NCBI GenBank assembly: GCA_964016885.1
Contig: OZ024759.1
Coordinates: forward strand, 14,756,001 to 14,820,000
Length of the DNA stretch: 64,000 bases
From: Eledone cirrhosa
Taxonomy: Eukaryota
Direction of reading: 5' to 3'
Shown here: positions 1-25,661 of the stretch, piece by piece
Layout: every line of letters begins with the position of its first letter
Numbering within the stretch: position 1 is the stretch's first letter
Notes under the pieces: generated by a model
What the model saw: the letters and a program-made list of their open reading frames with translations, nothing else
The model's database searches: none
Told to the model about the DNA's origin: nothing
Made by a program: the position numbers and the translations under genes

Positions 1-42
1 TGCTGTTTGTTTTTGTTATTTTTATTATTACTTTAACATATA

Positions 43-170
43 GGTCGGTGTAGTGGCACTATCGCTAGAGTCGGACGCCATGCTTTGTAGCATAAAGTTA
101 TGGCCCTTTACAGTCTGCGCTCAAATCCCGCTGAGGTTAATTTTGCCTTTCATCCATACGGTGTCAAAAA
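43..170 (+). mobile_element. SINE family 1 (tRNA-derived), 3'-truncated copy
   Basis: Matches the other copies: GGCGGTG..TGGCAGTATCGGTAGAG (A-box-like), TCAAATCCCGC (B-box-like), GCCTTTCATCC.. Confidence 0.8.
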
Positions 171-199
171 TATATATATATACTACATACATATTTACA

Positions 200-220
200 G
201 ACGCGCACGCACACACGCAC

Positions 221-271
<51 letters not shown>

Positions 272-281
272 CTACATAGAT

Positions 282-330
<49 letters not shown>
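200..330. repeat. (CA)n microsatellite
   Basis: Direct dinucleotide repeat. Confidence 0.95.
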
Positions 331-333
<3 letters not shown>

Positions 334-389
334 TCTTTTACACTTTTACCTGTTTCAGCCATCCGGCTGAGGCCATGCTGGGGCACCGC

Positions 390-392
<3 letters not shown>
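331..392. mobile_element. Fragment of an interspersed repeat (TTTCAGCCA..GGCCATGCTGGGGCACCGCC)
   Basis: Resembles, from memory, the end of a common octopus short repeat; single copy here. Confidence 0.35.
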
Positions 393-427
<35 letters not shown>

Positions 428-543
428 TACATACATACTTACATATATATATATATATATATATAAATATATATATATACTACATACATACTTATATATA
501 TATATATATATATATAAATATATATATATACTACATACATACT

Positions 544-586
<43 letters not shown>

Positions 587-658
587 TACATACATACTTA
601 CATATATATATATATATATATATATAAATATATATATATATACTACATACATACTTAC

Positions 659-689
<31 letters not shown>

Positions 690-714
690 TATATATATAT
701 ACTACATACATACT

Positions 715-750
<36 letters not shown>

Positions 751-835
751 TATATATATACTACATACATACTTACATATATATATATATATATATAAAT
801 TTATATATATACTACATACATACTTACACATATAT
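393..835. repeat. Minisatellite CTACATACATACTTACA separated by variable (TA)n
   Basis: About 8 identical cores with TA spacers. Confidence 0.9.
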
Positions 836-1375
836 GTAAGTTAAGACTCTATAGGCTTGTCCCCTGGATTTCACAATCTGTGGATAAAATCCGTGTCTTG
901 ATTTTTTTTTTTTTTTCTTTAATTGAGTTTGAATTACTTTCCCATATCTGACGTTAATTATTATCCATTTTGACGTTATAGTCACTTATATATTATTAAA
1001 TACTGTTGGCTTCTTGCTCACATTAATTTCTCTATTTTCATATATCTATATATACTACATACATATTTACATACATATATATGTATATATATATATGTGT
1101 TTGTTTTCCCATTTGGCTACATGTAGACCTACATTTATCAGTTTGTCTCTTGTACAAATTTTAATAAATGCATTTTTACATCTAATGACTGACCTACCAC
1201 ACTAACCTTTCCTAATTTACATTTATCTATATTTATTTTCATTATGGATATGTCTAACCTAAATTATATTTGATCAACGGCATTTTAAACGTTGTACCTT
1301 GGAATATATAGTTTTATTGCTGGTAAAAATTTCACTTTGTAATATAGGAAACAAAGACAAAAGATTTTGCCAAGA

Positions 1376-4057
1376 GTATGTAGATGTATGTACGTATGTA
1401 TATGTATGTATGTACGTATGTATATGTATGTATGTATGTACGTATGTGTATGTATGTACGTATGTGTATGTATGTACGTATGTGTATGTATGTACGTATG
1501 TATATGTGTATGTATGTATGTATATGTGTATGTATGTACATATGTATATGTATGTACATGTATGTATGTATGTATGTACGTATGTGTATGTATGTACGTA
1601 TGTATATGTATATGTATGTACGTATGTATATGTTTGTATGTATATGTTTGTATGTATATGTATGTACGTATGTGTATGTATGTATATGTATGTATATATA
1701 TATGTATGTATATGTATATGTATGTATATATATGTGTGTGTATGTATGTATGTATGTATGTATGTATGTATGTGTATATATGTATATAGATGTGTATATA
1801 TGTATATAGATGTGTATATATGTATATATATATGTCTGTGTGTATATATATATATCGATGTGTATATATGTATATATATATGTCTGTGTGTATATATATA
1901 TCTGTGTGTACATGTGTGTATATATATATATATGTATGTGTGTATATATATATATATATATGTATGTGTGTATATATATATATATATGTATGTGTGTATA
2001 TATATATATATATATGTATGTGTGTATATATATATATATATGTATGTGTGTATGTATATATATATATATATATGTATGTGTGTATATATATGTATGTGTG
2101 TATATATATATATATATGTATGTGTGTATATATATGTATGTGTGTATATATATGTATGTGTGTATATATATATATATATGTATGTGTGTATATATATGTA
2201 TGTGTGTATATATATATATATATGTATGTGTGTATATATATGTATGTGTGTATATATATATATATATGTATGTGTGTATATATATATATATGTATGTGTG
2301 TATATATATGTATGTGTGTATATATATATATATGTATGTGTGTATATATATATATATATATGTGTGTATATATATATATATATGTATGTGTATATATATA
2401 TATATATGTGTATGTATGTGTATATATATATGTGTATATATATGTATGTGTATATATATGTATGTGTATATATATGTATGTGTATATATATGTATGTGTG
2501 TATATATATGTATGTGTGTATATATATGTATGTGTGTATATATGTATGTGTGTATATATATGTATGTGTGTATATATATGTGTATATATATATGTATGTG
2601 TATATATATATGTGTATATATGTATGTGTATATATGTATGTGTATATATGTATGTGTATATATGTATGTGTATATATGTATGTGTATATATGTATGTGTA
2701 TATATGTATGTGTATATATGTATGTGTATATATGTATGTGTATATATGTATGTGTATATATGTATGTGTATATATGTATGTGTATATATGTATGTGTATA
2801 TATGTATGTGTATATATGTATGTGTATATATGTATGTGTATATATATATGTGTATATATATATGTGTATATATATATGTGTATATATATATGTGTATATA
2901 TATATGTGTATATATATATGTGTATATATATATGTGTATATATATATGTGTATATATATATGTGTATATATATATGTGTATATATATATGTGTATATATA
3001 TATGTGTATATATATATGTGTCTATATATATGTGTCTATATATATGTGTCTATATATATGTGTCTATATATATGTGTCTATATATATGTGTCTATATATA
3101 TGTGTCTATATATATGTGTATATATATATGTGTATATATATATATGTGTATATATGTGTGTGTATATATGTGTGTGTATATATGTATGTGTATATATGTA
3201 TGTGTATATATGTATCTGTATATATGTATGTGTATATATGTATCTGTATATATGTATGTGTATATATGTATGTGTATATATGTATGTGTATATATGTATG
3301 TGTATATATGTATGTGTATATATGTATGTGTATATATGTATGTGTATATATGTATGTGTATATATGTATGTGTATATATGTATGTGTATATATGTATGTG
3401 TATATATGTATGTGTATATATGTATGTGTATATATGTATGTGTGTATATGTATGTGTGTATATGTATGTGTGTATATATATATATGTGTGTATATATATA
3501 TGTGTATATATATATATGTGTATATATATGTGTATATATATATGTGTATATATATATGTGTATATATATGTGTGTGTGTATATATATGTGTGTATATATA
3601 TATGTGTGTGTATATATATATGTGTGTGTATATATATATGTATGTGTATATATATATGTATGTGTATATATATGTGTATGTGTATATATATGTGTATATA
3701 TATATATATATGTGTATATATATATATATATGTGTATATATATATATATATGTGTATATATATATATATATGTGTATATATATGTGTGTATATATATGTG
3801 TGTATATATATATGTGTGTATATATATATATGTGTGTATATATATATATGTGTGTATATATATATATATGTGTGTATATATATATGTGTGTGTATATATA
3901 TATATATGTGTGTATATATATATATGTGTGTATATATATATATGTGTGTATATATATATATGTGTATATATATATATATGTGTATATATATATGTATGTG
4001 TATATATAGATGTGTATATGTATATATATATGTATATATATATGTATATATATATAT
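1376..4057. repeat. Compound TA/TG/TATG array
   Basis: Alternating purine-pyrimidine array with local 14-24 bp higher-order units. Confidence 0.95.
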
Positions 4058-4267
4058 TCTCCAGTATGTAGAGAAAAATCCTGTCGTTCTATTTAGTTGC
4101 TAAAAATCTTTTTTGGTGGCGATCATAGACGGCTAGTCTACGATTTCCCGCCTTCACTATACACCAATGTATTTACGGGTCACTTTCACGACCTTTGAGA
4201 CCTGTATTAGTTGGAGGGAGGTTATATATTTTGTCGTTCCTGGGGTTTTTAACCCTAAGATAGGAAA

Positions 4268-4353
4268 ATGCTTATCTGATGATCGTTGCTTTTCCATTAA
4301 TATCCACGTGATATCTAATATTTTGCAACGTGAAACTGTACAGTTAGGGCCAT
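4268..4353 (+). ncRNA. Type I hammerhead ribozyme motif, long stem II
   Basis: CTGATGA 4276-4282; stem II CGTTGC/GCAACG; GAAA 4332-4335; palindromic stem III AACTGTACAGTT; stem I only partly paired. Confidence 0.6.
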
Positions 4354-4464
4354 TAGAATAGGTAAATATTTATATTATATTTTTTAATTTTGATTAATTT
4401 TAATTGTATATTAATTTTGATTTATTTTGAATAATTGGTTGAATTTTACTTGTTCTGCTTATCT

Positions 4465-13058
<8,594 letters not shown>

Positions 13059-13172
13059 GAGTGAGAGAGATAGTATTAATGGTTTTATAATTGACTAACG
13101 CTATTGTATGCACATTCAAGGATGCCAATCCGCCATGTTTAGCTAGATAAAACCATCTCTCCTTCTCTCTCT

Positions 13173-13225
<53 letters not shown>

Positions 13226-13344
13226 AAGGTTTAATTATTTTACATCATTCTCTCATTTATTATATTGTACATGCCTCCTTAGAACCACCTCGTTTCGATT
13301 GCTCTGCTTCCGAGCAAGACAAATATTTATTGCAATTCACTACG

Positions 13345-13421
13345 ACACATACATACATACATACATATATACATACATACATACATACATACATACATAC
13401 ATACATACATACATACATACA

Positions 13422-13452
<31 letters not shown>

Positions 13453-13478
13453 GTAACGTGTATACATACATACATACA

Positions 13479-13509
<31 letters not shown>

Positions 13510-13715
13510 GTAACGTGTATATATGCTTATTTATATATTTATGATTGTTGAAACAGTTGCATGTGAGGGGTTGTTTCTGTTTCTGAAAGATTCTTACCCA
13601 CATATATATATGTGCACACGCCAACGCGTACGTACGTACGTACGTACATACATACATACATACATACATACATACATACATACATACATACATACATACA
13701 TACATACATACATAC
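13345..13715. repeat. (TACA)n tracts
   Basis: Tetranucleotide repeats with short interruptions. Confidence 0.9.
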
Positions 13716-13921
13716 AGTGGTGGAATAGTGGAAGGTAATATCCGTAGTGGTAGAGTACTCAGACCATGGGACGACTTAGGTAGAAGTGGTTACACAAGTT
13801 AGTTCACCAAACCGGGAACAATTGTTTCACCTTAGCGGATGCTCAGCTCGGAGTTGAGGATCCGCTAAGGCTAAACAATTGTTCTCGGTATGGTGAACTA
13901 ACTGTTGTGTAACCACTTCTA
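13716..13921. mobile_element. Head plus 141-bp fold-back palindrome, one decayed HHR per arm
   Basis: Inverted repeat 13781-13921; arm consensus CCGAG CTGAGGA TCCGCTAAGGY GAAAC AATT GTT CTCGG; flanked by microsatellites. Confidence 0.7.
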
Positions 13922-13942
13922 TATATATATATATATATATAT

Positions 13943-14120
13943 ACAGTTTTCGAAAGACGAACAGAAGAGCACCACAATTGAGAAGGTACTCGATTTATTT
14001 CAGATAAAAATTACTTCTATATGACTAGAAGTGATTCGTTCCTATAAAATGATCACGGCATTCCTGATGATTTAATACGAATGAAACAATTCTAGTCTTG
14101 TAGGAATAATTTCTATATAA
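13943..14120. mobile_element. Head plus diverged HHR palindrome, related to 17537-17718
   Basis: CTGATGA 14064-14070, GAAA CAA TTCTAGTC TTG TA; imperfect inverted copy at 14008-14058. Confidence 0.65.
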
Positions 14121-14169
14121 TAAATATGCTTATTCTCTTCTAACGTATTGACTACATCATAAGTTGAAC

Positions 14170-14950
14170 TGACCTCACTTAGCCTTCTACCAGGTTGTAT
14201 CTTATATGTGGGTTCTCGGGTGATTTAATGTATATAAGTTTAGCTGACCTCCTATCAGGTTGTAACTTATAGGTTTCTTCTGAGTTTCAATGTATGTAGG
14301 TTTAGCTGGCTTTCTACCAGAATATAGCTTATAGGAGGTTCCTTGGGTGTTTTAATGTAGGGTTAGTTTGCTTTCTACCAGATTATAACTTATAGGATGT
14401 TTCTTGGGTGTTTTAATGTAGGTTTAGCTGGCTTTCTACCAGAATATAGTTTACAGAAGATTCCTTTCTTGTGTGTTTTAATGTATATAGGTTTAGCTGA
14501 CCTCCTACCAGGTTGTAACTTATAGGTTTATTGTGAGTTTTAGTGTGTTTTAATATATCTTATAGGAGATTTCTTGTGTGTTTTAATGTTTTAATATAGC
14601 GTAGAGGAGGTTTCTTGTGAGTTTTAATGTAGGTTTAGCTTTCTACCAGAATATAGCATATAGGTTTCTTGTGTGTTTTAATATAGCGTATAGGAGATTT
14701 CTTGTGTTTTAATGTAAGTTTAGCTGGCTTTCTACCAGAATATAGCTTATAGGAGGTTTCTTGTGTGTTTTAATGTAGGGTTAGTATGCTTTCTACCAGA
14801 TTGTAACTTATAGGAGGTTTCTTGGGTGTTTAAATGTAGGTTTAGCTGGCTTTCTACCAGATATTGCTTATAGGAGGTTACTTGGGTGTTTTAATGTAGG
14901 TTTAGTCTGCTTTCTACCAGATTATAACTTATAGGAGGTTTCTTGGGTGA
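14170..14950. repeat. ~58-62 bp minisatellite
   Basis: About 13 diverged copies of GTTTAGCTGGCTTTCTACCAGAATATAGCTTATAGGAGGTTTCTTGGGTGTTTTAATGTAG. Confidence 0.9.
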
Positions 14951-15149
14951 ATTAATTATAGGGTCCCCGGGTCTATGATGAAAAACAAGGTGAAACACAT
15001 CACAGCGTCTGGCCAAGGGAATAAAAACTTATACAAATTATTGCATCATGCTCAAAATCAACGCCAATATTCCTATATTCAGAACCATGGAACTATTACA
15101 GCTTCCCTGATCTATTTGCTTTCATTTTGCGGTTTGCAATATGTTATAA

Positions 15150-15415
15150 ATTTATTTGTATATTTATTTATTTGTATATTTATTTATTTGTATATTTATT
15201 TGTATATGTATTTGTATATATATTTTTATATTTAATTTTTATATTTAATTTTTATATTTAATTTTTATATTTAATTTTTATATTTTTATTTTTATATTTT
15301 TATTTTTATATTTATTTTTATTTTTGTATTTATTTTTATATTTTTATATTTATTTTTATATTTATTTTTATATTTATTTTTATATTTATTTATCTAATTT
15401 GTTATTTTTATTTCA
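15150..15415. repeat. AT-rich low-complexity tract
   Basis: TATTTTTA / TATTTA iterations. Confidence 0.85.
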
Positions 15416-15769
15416 TAAAGCGCGTCGATGTTCTATTTTTATTTGAAATAAATGGAGACGTCTAGATCTGAATATAGACCTGTTACCATTGTTTCTGTGC
15501 ACACATCTGGGTACGTGTGTATATATGTGTTGTTTATACGTGTGTATGTATGTGTTGTTTGTACGTGTTTATGTACGTGTGTATGTACGTGTTGTTTATA
15601 CGTGTTTGTGTTTGGTAATGCTGTATGTGTGTAGGTGACAGAGGTACAACAAATGGAAAGAAATGTAGATGATATACACATACACACACAAACGCACATA
15701 TATATGTACATATGTATATATATATACATATTTATATATATATGTATACATACATATGTTACGTGTATG

Positions 15770-15802
<33 letters not shown>

Positions 15803-16194
15803 TCATTATTTTTATATACATATATATATTTATATGTGCACACACACACACATATATATAGAAATAAAGAAAGAGATTAAGAGAAAGATTGGGAGAAAAA
15901 CGGATATTAAGTTTATAAACAAAACAGAACGAGAGAGAAAACTTAATAAGAAACAGAAAAAAAAAATTATGAAGCCCCAAAAAAGAGAAAGTGAGAGAGG
16001 AGAAGAAAAGAATGAGAGGGAGATAGAGAGAGAGAGAGAGAAGGGGGTGAAGAGAAATATAGATATAAAGAGTGAAATGAAAGAGGGAGGGAAATGATTA
16101 TATCTGAATTATTTCTTATGCATGGTTGTCCCCCGAGTGTCGCTGGTGAAGACAATATATGATTGCTTCTATGACAGTCTCTTTCTAAATTTAC

Positions 16195-16201
16195 ACGCAC
16201 A

Positions 16202-16232
<31 letters not shown>

Positions 16233-16290
16233 GGACACACACACACTGACACACCATACACACACAAATACACTGACAGGCACAGACACA

Positions 16291-16362
<72 letters not shown>

Positions 16363-16705
16363 CAGACACACGCGCACACACACACAGACTGACACACAAA
16401 CACACGCACACAGACTGACACAAACACACGCACACAGACTGACACAAGCACACGCACACAGACTGACACAAGCACACGCACACAGACTGACACAAGCACA
16501 CGCACACAGACTGACACACGCACACAGACTGACACACGCACACAGACTGACACACGCACACAGACTGACACAAGCACACAGACTGACACAAGCACACAGA
16601 CTGACACAAGCACACAGACTGACACAAGCACACAGACTGACACAAGCACACAGACTGACACAAGCACACAGACTGACACAAGCACACACACTGACACGCA
16701 CACAT
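16195..16705. repeat. (CA)n plus 18-26 bp ACACAGACTGACACAAGC minisatellite
   Basis: Direct repeats. Confidence 0.9.
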
Positions 16706-16924
16706 TTATATATGAACCTCCTAAAGTATATATATATATTATTTCTAAAGACAGCATATATATGTGTAGTTATGTATATTCCCTCTGATAGTTTGTAAAA
16801 TTTTTACATAGATCTATAGGATATGCATACCAACACTAACATATATATCCTAGAAACGATCGTAAAATGATGAATTTTTTAATATAAGGAACGGTTTCTT
16901 TGTTTATTCATTATTTTATTAATT

Positions 16925-17020
<96 letters not shown>

Positions 17021-17035
17021 ATGTTGGTTGTAGAG

Positions 17036-17499
17036 GTCAAATGTACTTAACAATAGCAAACACAAACACTACAGGGAGCCTCAACCCAGAAAGAATTCTA
17101 TAGACTTCTGACTGAGCAATGCTTTCAGAACTGACCAATGGGTAGTTTGACACTTTGTTTGTTATTTTGTTCCTTTAACACCTTGTCCCTTCTACCACTT
17201 TATCAATTTTTTAAGCTAACTCCAACAATAACACTTAGAATGAGGAATGTTCTAACAACTGACCAATGAGACGAGAAGAGGCCCTTTGACACTGAAATTC
17301 GTTTGTTTGAATTCATGATTTCAGTTCCTCAGTGAAATAACAACCTAACCAGGAACTGGACATATCAGAGTATTGACAATATTATACACCTCAACAACAT
17401 ATGTACTTGTCTATACCACACTAATTCGGACTGTCTGAAGAGGTCACAGCCAAAGATGGCTGTCACTGAAATATATATAGCAGTAATAAACATTTGACT
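17036..17499 (+). mobile_element. Penelope pLTR-like remnant ending in HHR plus AATAAA
   Basis: HHR at 17430-17484, AATAAA at 17485-17490, short inverted ends GTCAAATGT/ACATTTGAC; lies between (GA)n and (TA)n. Confidence 0.5.
17430..17484 (+). ncRNA. Type I minimal hammerhead ribozyme
   Basis: ACTGT CTGAAGA GGT C ACAGCCA AAGA TGGCTGT C ACT GAAA T ATAT A TA GCAGT; all three helices form. Confidence 0.75.
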
Positions 17500-17536
17500 T
17501 TTTATTTAACTTTATTTTATATATATATATATATAT

Positions 17537-17718
17537 CAGTTTATCGCGGGATCAATCGGGGCTAACCACAGTAAGTAAGGTACTCATAGATATTTAATAT
17601 AGAAAGGCTTCTACAGGACTAGAGCTGTTTCATTCGGTAGGAGTCATCAGGAAATCATCAGGCTTCCTGATGACTTCTACCTAATGAAACAGTTCTAGTC
17701 CTGTAGAAGCCTTTCTAT
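17537..17718. mobile_element. Head plus 120-bp fold-back palindrome with HHR core on both strands
   Basis: Inverted repeat 17599-17718; plus-strand HHR AGGCTTC CTGATGA..GAAA CAG TTCTAGTC CTG TA GAAGCCT (17660-17712); (TA)n on both sides. Confidence 0.75.
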
Positions 17719-17734
17719 TATATATATATATATG

Positions 17735-17780
<46 letters not shown>

Positions 17781-17813
17781 AACATAATTATTGTTATTAT
17801 AACTTTCATAATT

Positions 17814-17998
17814 GGCGGTGGATGGGCAGTATCGGTAGAGGGTCGGACGCCATGCTTTCCAGCATAGTTACGTCCCTTTACGAGTTCAAATCCCGCCGAG
17901 GTTGACTTTGCCTTTCACCCTTACGGGGTCGATAAAATAAAGTACCAGTAATGCACTGGGTTTTTGCTGGCCTTGTACCTAAAGTAGAAACAATTATT
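17814..17998 (+). mobile_element. SINE family 1, full-length with TSD
   Basis: A/B-box-like head, central GCCTTTCA..GGGGTCGATAAAATAAAGTACCAG (MetaSINE-like from memory); TSD ACTTTCATAAT at 17802-17812 and 17999-18009. Confidence 0.9.
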
Positions 17999-18242
17999 AC
18001 TTTCATAATATGTGTTAGGTAAATCCGAAGAAAAAGAAAAGGAGAAAAAAAATATATATATAAAGAATTACGTGTATATATATATATATATATTATTTTT
18101 CGCGGGCAATTTTCTTTTCTTCCCTTAAAGTAGAAAAACAATGGAAGCATATCGGCCAGCCAAGAATAACTCTTTCCGCATGAACAAAAACAGCAACAAC
18201 AGATAAACTAGTGCAAAAAAAAAAGATTTAAAACATCAGTCC

Positions 18243-19730
<1,488 letters not shown>

Positions 19731-19732
19731 AA

Positions 19733-20560
19733 ATAAATAATCGAGAATCGGAATCTCGGCCCACGAAATAACGAAACACAATCTTCGAAATGCATGGCAA
19801 AGGGCTCAATAGTTTGGATAAACCAGAGCTATAACTATCGTTTAAATACCAACACATAGAGACAATGCTTAAAATCATTCGCACAGCTGAAAAAATGACC
19901 AGGAAAATTTGGGTCACACAAATAATAAATGAATAAATTAATAAATTAAATGAATGTAAAATCTTAACCGGACGCGCTAGAAGGATGTTAAATTCTAGGT
20001 TTTTGGGTTTCTGCAGTTCCTTAATCAATTAACGTCAGCAATAAATTAATCAATTAAATGAATGTAAAATATTACCCCGACCCGCTAGAAGGATGTTAAA
20101 TTCTAGGTTTTTGGGTTTCTGCAGTTCCTTAATCAATTACCGTCAGCAATAAATTAATCAATTAAATGAATGTAAAATCTTACCCGGACTCGCTAGAAGG
20201 ATGTTAAATTCTAGGTTTTTGGGTTTCTGCAGTTCCTTAATCAATTACCGTCAGCCCACATGAAAAAATATATCTGACTTCTGGTAAAGAGACGAACGAG
20301 GAAACTGCTTTCTCAGCAGGCATTTCGTTCAAAAATACAGAGGCACCCGTTACTAAACTCACATGGAGTCCAGCAAGGGAGGGAACCCCTATATTAGGCG
20401 AATGAATTCAGTAATGTGTATATTTTTGTAAAAATACAACATATCACATATCGAATTAGAGTTCTCAACGGACGTGTTAAAATTATCAAGAGCTATTCAT
20501 CAATCAATAAGATCAACTAAAAAATCAATAAAATTAACTGGTCAATAGCTAAAGACTACA
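19733..20560 (+). mobile_element. Unclassified dispersed repeat embedded in (TA)n; inverted relative of 52690-53246
   Basis: Shared blocks AGGGCTCAATA, CAGAGCTATAACTATCGTT, CCAGCAAGGGAG, ATCACATATCGAAT, GAGCTATTCATCA. Confidence 0.7.
19944..20255. repeat. 108-bp tandem repeat, ~2.9 copies
   Basis: TGAATGTAAAAT recurs at 19951, 20059 and 20167. Confidence 0.9.
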
Positions 20561-20562
20561 CC

Positions 20563-23335
<2,773 letters not shown>

Positions 23336-23499
23336 GCACCAATGCACGTATATAAAACATCGATGCTGTTGACTGGTACAAAATTAAATTAAAAACAACA
23401 CAATGCAAAACGTAAATACAAAAAAAAAAAAATACCCAGATAGAATATTAAGGAATTACACTTCTTCTCTTAAACCAAAAATAACAACAACAGCGTTAG

Positions 23500-25237
23500 C
23501 TACTGCTAACCAATCCATAACGAGAACGGGAAGAAGAAGAAAGAAGAACAAACAATAAGAACAAGAACTACAACAACAGCCACAGCTTTTACTGAAAGAA
23601 AATTAATATATAGAAAAATAAGTAAAGAATTTTTGATAAATAGATTATATAAAATAAAACAGATAGTATATTTAAGACAGAACAAATACAGCAACAACAA
23701 ACACACTACCCTATATAATATAGACCGCCAGCTCCACCAGCACTTACTCCACCACCGCAGCCGCCAACAGAACCAGCACCACCGCAGCTGCCGCCTCCAC
23801 CAGTCCACCACCACCGCCACCACCATCTGCATCAGCACCACCATCAGCACCACCACCTCCACCACCATCAGCACCAATACCACAACCACCACCTGCACCA
23901 CCACCACCAACAACAACAACAGCATCAATAAATGTGACTGGAACAAAATTAATATTAAGAATAAAAAAAACCCCACACACACACACAATAAAAGTAATAA
24001 AAATAACATAAGAAACAATAAGAATCCTGCAAACTTCGCACTCATGAAACATTATCCATACATATAAGAACATCAACAATATAACTGTGACTAGGAAATT
24101 AATTTCAATATAAAATATATATATATATATACACAACAATAAATGCAACAAAGACAATGCCAACAACAGTGAAATCATGAGCAGCAGCAGTAATGTCAAT
24201 ACCAATAACGATGATATAAATAGCTATGATGAAGACCACATCAATAACAACTACAACAACAACAGCAGCAGTAGTAGTAACAATAGTAATAACGACAAAT
24301 ACAAAACTAGCTATGATTGCGAGTATAACTTTTTAAAAGAGCAATAGACCTAATTCATAACATGATGATGATGATATGGTGATGTTGATGATGATGATAG
24401 TAGTAGTAGTAAAAGGAAGAACGAGGAGGTGATGATGATGGTGGTGACGATGTTGGTGATGATGATGTTGGTGATGGTGATAATGACGATGGTAATTATG
24501 ATGACGATGACGGTGGTGATGATGTTGGTGGTGATGATGATGGTGATGTTGGTGATGAGGTGGTGGTGGTGGTGGTGGTGGTGATGGTGACGATGATGAT
24601 GATGATGTTGGTGATGATGGCGCTCAGGCTGACGAGTGGTGATGATGGTGATGGTGATGATGATGATGATGATGATGATGTTCGTGACGATGACGATGAT
24701 GATGTTGCTGATGTTTGTGATTATAATGACGATAATAGTAGTAGTATAAGAAAGGAGAACAAGGAGTTGATGATGATGATGATGAGCAGGTGGAGGAAGC
24801 GGAAGAGGACGAATAAGAAATAAGAGTAAAAGATTTTGAAAATAAAAAAAAAGGAAGAAAAAGATGAATAGGAAAGAGAACTCGATGGTGAACAAGACGA
24901 ACGACGACAACAACAGAAGTTGATAGCAGAAAATAGAAAAAAACTTAAACAAAAACCTTGTGAAAAACTACGAGAAAACGATGACAAATAACCAGCATAA
25001 AATAACATAAAAATCTGCAAGAAAGACATAAACACTAAAAAAAAGAACAGCAGACATAATATTGTCAATAACAACATCAACAATAACAACAATAACAACT
25101 TGAACGACAATGAAGGAAATCACGGTAAGAAAATACGTATAAAACAATCAGAAACAGCACAACAATAATAAAAACAAAGGGCAAAGTTAAAAAGATATTA
25201 CTTAAGAGCAACAAAAACATCAACAGCAACCATTATG

Positions 25238-25278
<41 letters not shown>

Positions 25279-25280
25279 CA
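23500..25280. repeat. Trinucleotide low-complexity region (AAC, ACC, GAT, GGT, AAT)
   Basis: Degenerate triplet runs. Confidence 0.85.
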
Positions 25281-25536
25281 TAGTAATATTTCAAGCAATA
25301 TCATGAAATGGTTCGATTCTTTATTTTTTCCTACTTTTTACTATTAATCTTATATATTTTTTGCAGTATGGAGAAAATACTTTGGCATTTCTGGACATGT
25401 GCCATTTAAATTTACTTCTATTCCCCATACTATTGTGTGTGTGTGTGTCTGTCTGTGTGTGTGCGTATATACGCGCGCACGTTTGTCTCTTACATTCTTC
25501 CCCAAAATTATATATAAATATATATGTATATACACA

Positions 25537-25582
<46 letters not shown>

Positions 25583-25620
25583 CATGTATATATATATGTA
25601 TGTATATTTACATATTTACA

Positions 25621-25661
<41 letters not shown>

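Noticed and set aside
4130-4260. Minus-strand KYIG peptide suggesting a GIY-YIG endonuclease
   Set aside because: No upstream GIY/VIY motif or Cys pair, and an immediate stop
13280-13320. Minus-strand hairpin followed by GAAAC
   Set aside because: No CTGANGA upstream
23506-25110. Poly-T/H/D/V ORFs
   Set aside because: Degenerate trinucleotide microsatellites with no consistent frame or domain
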